NCBI RefSeq assembly: GCF_006345805.1
Contig: NC_043000.1
Location: 2,852,001 to 2,916,000 of the forward strand
Source: Octopus sinensis
Taxonomy: Eukaryota
Reading direction: 5' to 3'
DNA: 64,000 bases
Positions 62,854 through 64,000 of this stretch are shown piece by piece (position 1 is the stretch's first letter; the number at the start of each line of letters is the position of its first letter). The translations under genes were made by a program, and so were the position numbers. Below the pieces are notes generated by a model that searched no databases, was not told where the DNA came from, and worked only from the letters and a program-made list of their open reading frames with translations.

Positions 62854-62945
62854 CCTTTCTACTATAGGCACAAGGCCTGAAATTTTGGGGGAAGTCGATT
62901 ACATCGACCCCAGTGCGTAACTGGTACTTATTTCATCGACCCCGA
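62585..62945 (-). mobile_element. SINE B2 (62585-62800) and a B2 3' fragment (62853-62945) embedded in (TAA)n
   Basis: Both tails run directly into (TAA)n tracts. Confidence 0.82.
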
Positions 62946-63069
62946 AAGTCGGACTAGAAAGATTTAATTTAATATTTTTCTAAATGTGTTCAATATAAAG
63001 ATGAAAACTAATTATCTACTGGATAAATAACAAATAACAAAGTAGAATTATCTGTGTTATGTTATATGT

Positions 63070-63353
63070 GATCACGTGACCGACCAGACCATCAGATGCT
63101 ACACATCGCTGGTCACAATGCGTTCGCATTGTTTTAGCCTTCGAATGACGCTACCCCGCTGGCTAAGCGAGTAGGCCAACAGAAGAAAGAGTGAGAGAAA
63201 GAGTGGTGAAAGAGTACAGCAGGGATCACCACCCCCTGCCGGAGATTCGTGGAGCTTTTAGGTGTTTTCGCTCAATAAACACACACAACGCCCGGTCTGG
63301 GAATCGAAACCGCGATCCTGCGACCTAACCACTAGGCCATTGCGCCTCCACAC
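63070..63353 (-). mobile_element. SINE family C with third tail type C3
   Basis: Head and body match C, with a small deletion in the tRNA-like part; different 3' tail. 9-bp TSD GTTATATGT at 63061-63069 and 63354-63362. Confidence 0.85.
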
Positions 63354-63957
63354 GTTATATGTATAATGAAATATTCATAATTTTGTCTTGTATTAGGTTT
63401 CGTTTACTGCAAGGTACATAATGATTAATGAGTGTATGAAATTATTTGATGAATTGTTGTTTTACATGGTATTGGTTTCGCGTTCAGGAAAATATCAACT
63501 CAGTGAACTGTAATTTTTGGTGTTCAAAAAGCTTTGTCTGAATCATCTGGCAAATCAAGCAGACCACGTGCCAGAATTCTCCAAGCTTAACACATGATTC
63601 ATCGTCTTTGTGTTGCATCTCCGTTTACATTTAATAAAGTCGTACAAAGTACAGCTGCCAGCAATAGCAACATGCAGTTCTAAGACAATTAGACATCGAT
63701 TGTAGGATAACTTCAATCTAGTTACAAGACGTCCAACGAAAAATTCCTAAGCCATCGTCTAAAAAATATCCAGGATTGTCTGCAAATTTTGCATGGGCTA
63801 CAGAAACTGAATAAAGTTGGACTTCCTCGAAGCTCCTTTCGTTTATCGTCCATAAAATTAAATGAATAATCCTAGGTATATAATTCTGAAAATTGAGCAA
63901 TGTCCATTCGTTATGATATTAGCGAAAGGACATTTCTGTACCGAAAAGAGCTGGTAA

Positions 63958-64000
63958 GAGGGCGGAGAGCTGGCAGAAACGTTAGCACGCCAGGCGAAAT
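63958..64000 (+). mobile_element. 5' head of a SINE B running off the window end
   Basis: GGCGGAGAGCTGGCAGAAACGTTAGCACGCCAGGCGAAAT. Confidence 0.85.

Noticed and set aside
44247-64000. Second exon of the SLC2A13-like gene
   Set aside because: No ASMTVP.YIAE-like sequence found by eye; it is probably beyond the window or in the gap.

Overview
Eukaryotic, repeat-dominated genomic DNA with a 100-N gap at 46360-46459. The SINE families, microsatellite load and LINE types look like an octopus (cephalopod) genome; this is an inference from recalled repeat sequences, not from a search. Only one host coding feature is supported: the first coding exon of a sugar-porter gene most similar to the proton/myo-inositol cotransporter SLC2A13 (43784-44246, +). 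No second exon was found in the window. Mobile DNA includes three tRNA-headed SINE families (my labels A, B, C) with swappable 3' tails, an RTE-tailed SINE, a near full-length frameshifted Tx1-clade LINE (23790-28676, -), and R4/Dong, RTE and Gypsy remnants. There are also many Penelope-like (PLE) fragments, a Helitron 3' end, and hAT, piggyBac and mariner MITEs. Highlights: (1) The Tx1 LINE shares its 3' tail with SINE B1 and sits in a SINE B head with a 16-bp TSD, at the same site where B1 units stack into head-to-tail arrays. This suggests a self-targeting SINE-LINE pair. (2) Several type I hammerhead-ribozyme folds occur in PLE-derived pieces next to (TA)n tracts, including a recurring non-canonical core. 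(3) A B+A SINE chimera shares one 14-bp TSD. (4) A PLE endonuclease is split by a twin-priming-type inversion. All folds and alignments were done by eye, and boundaries of degenerate repeats are approximate.
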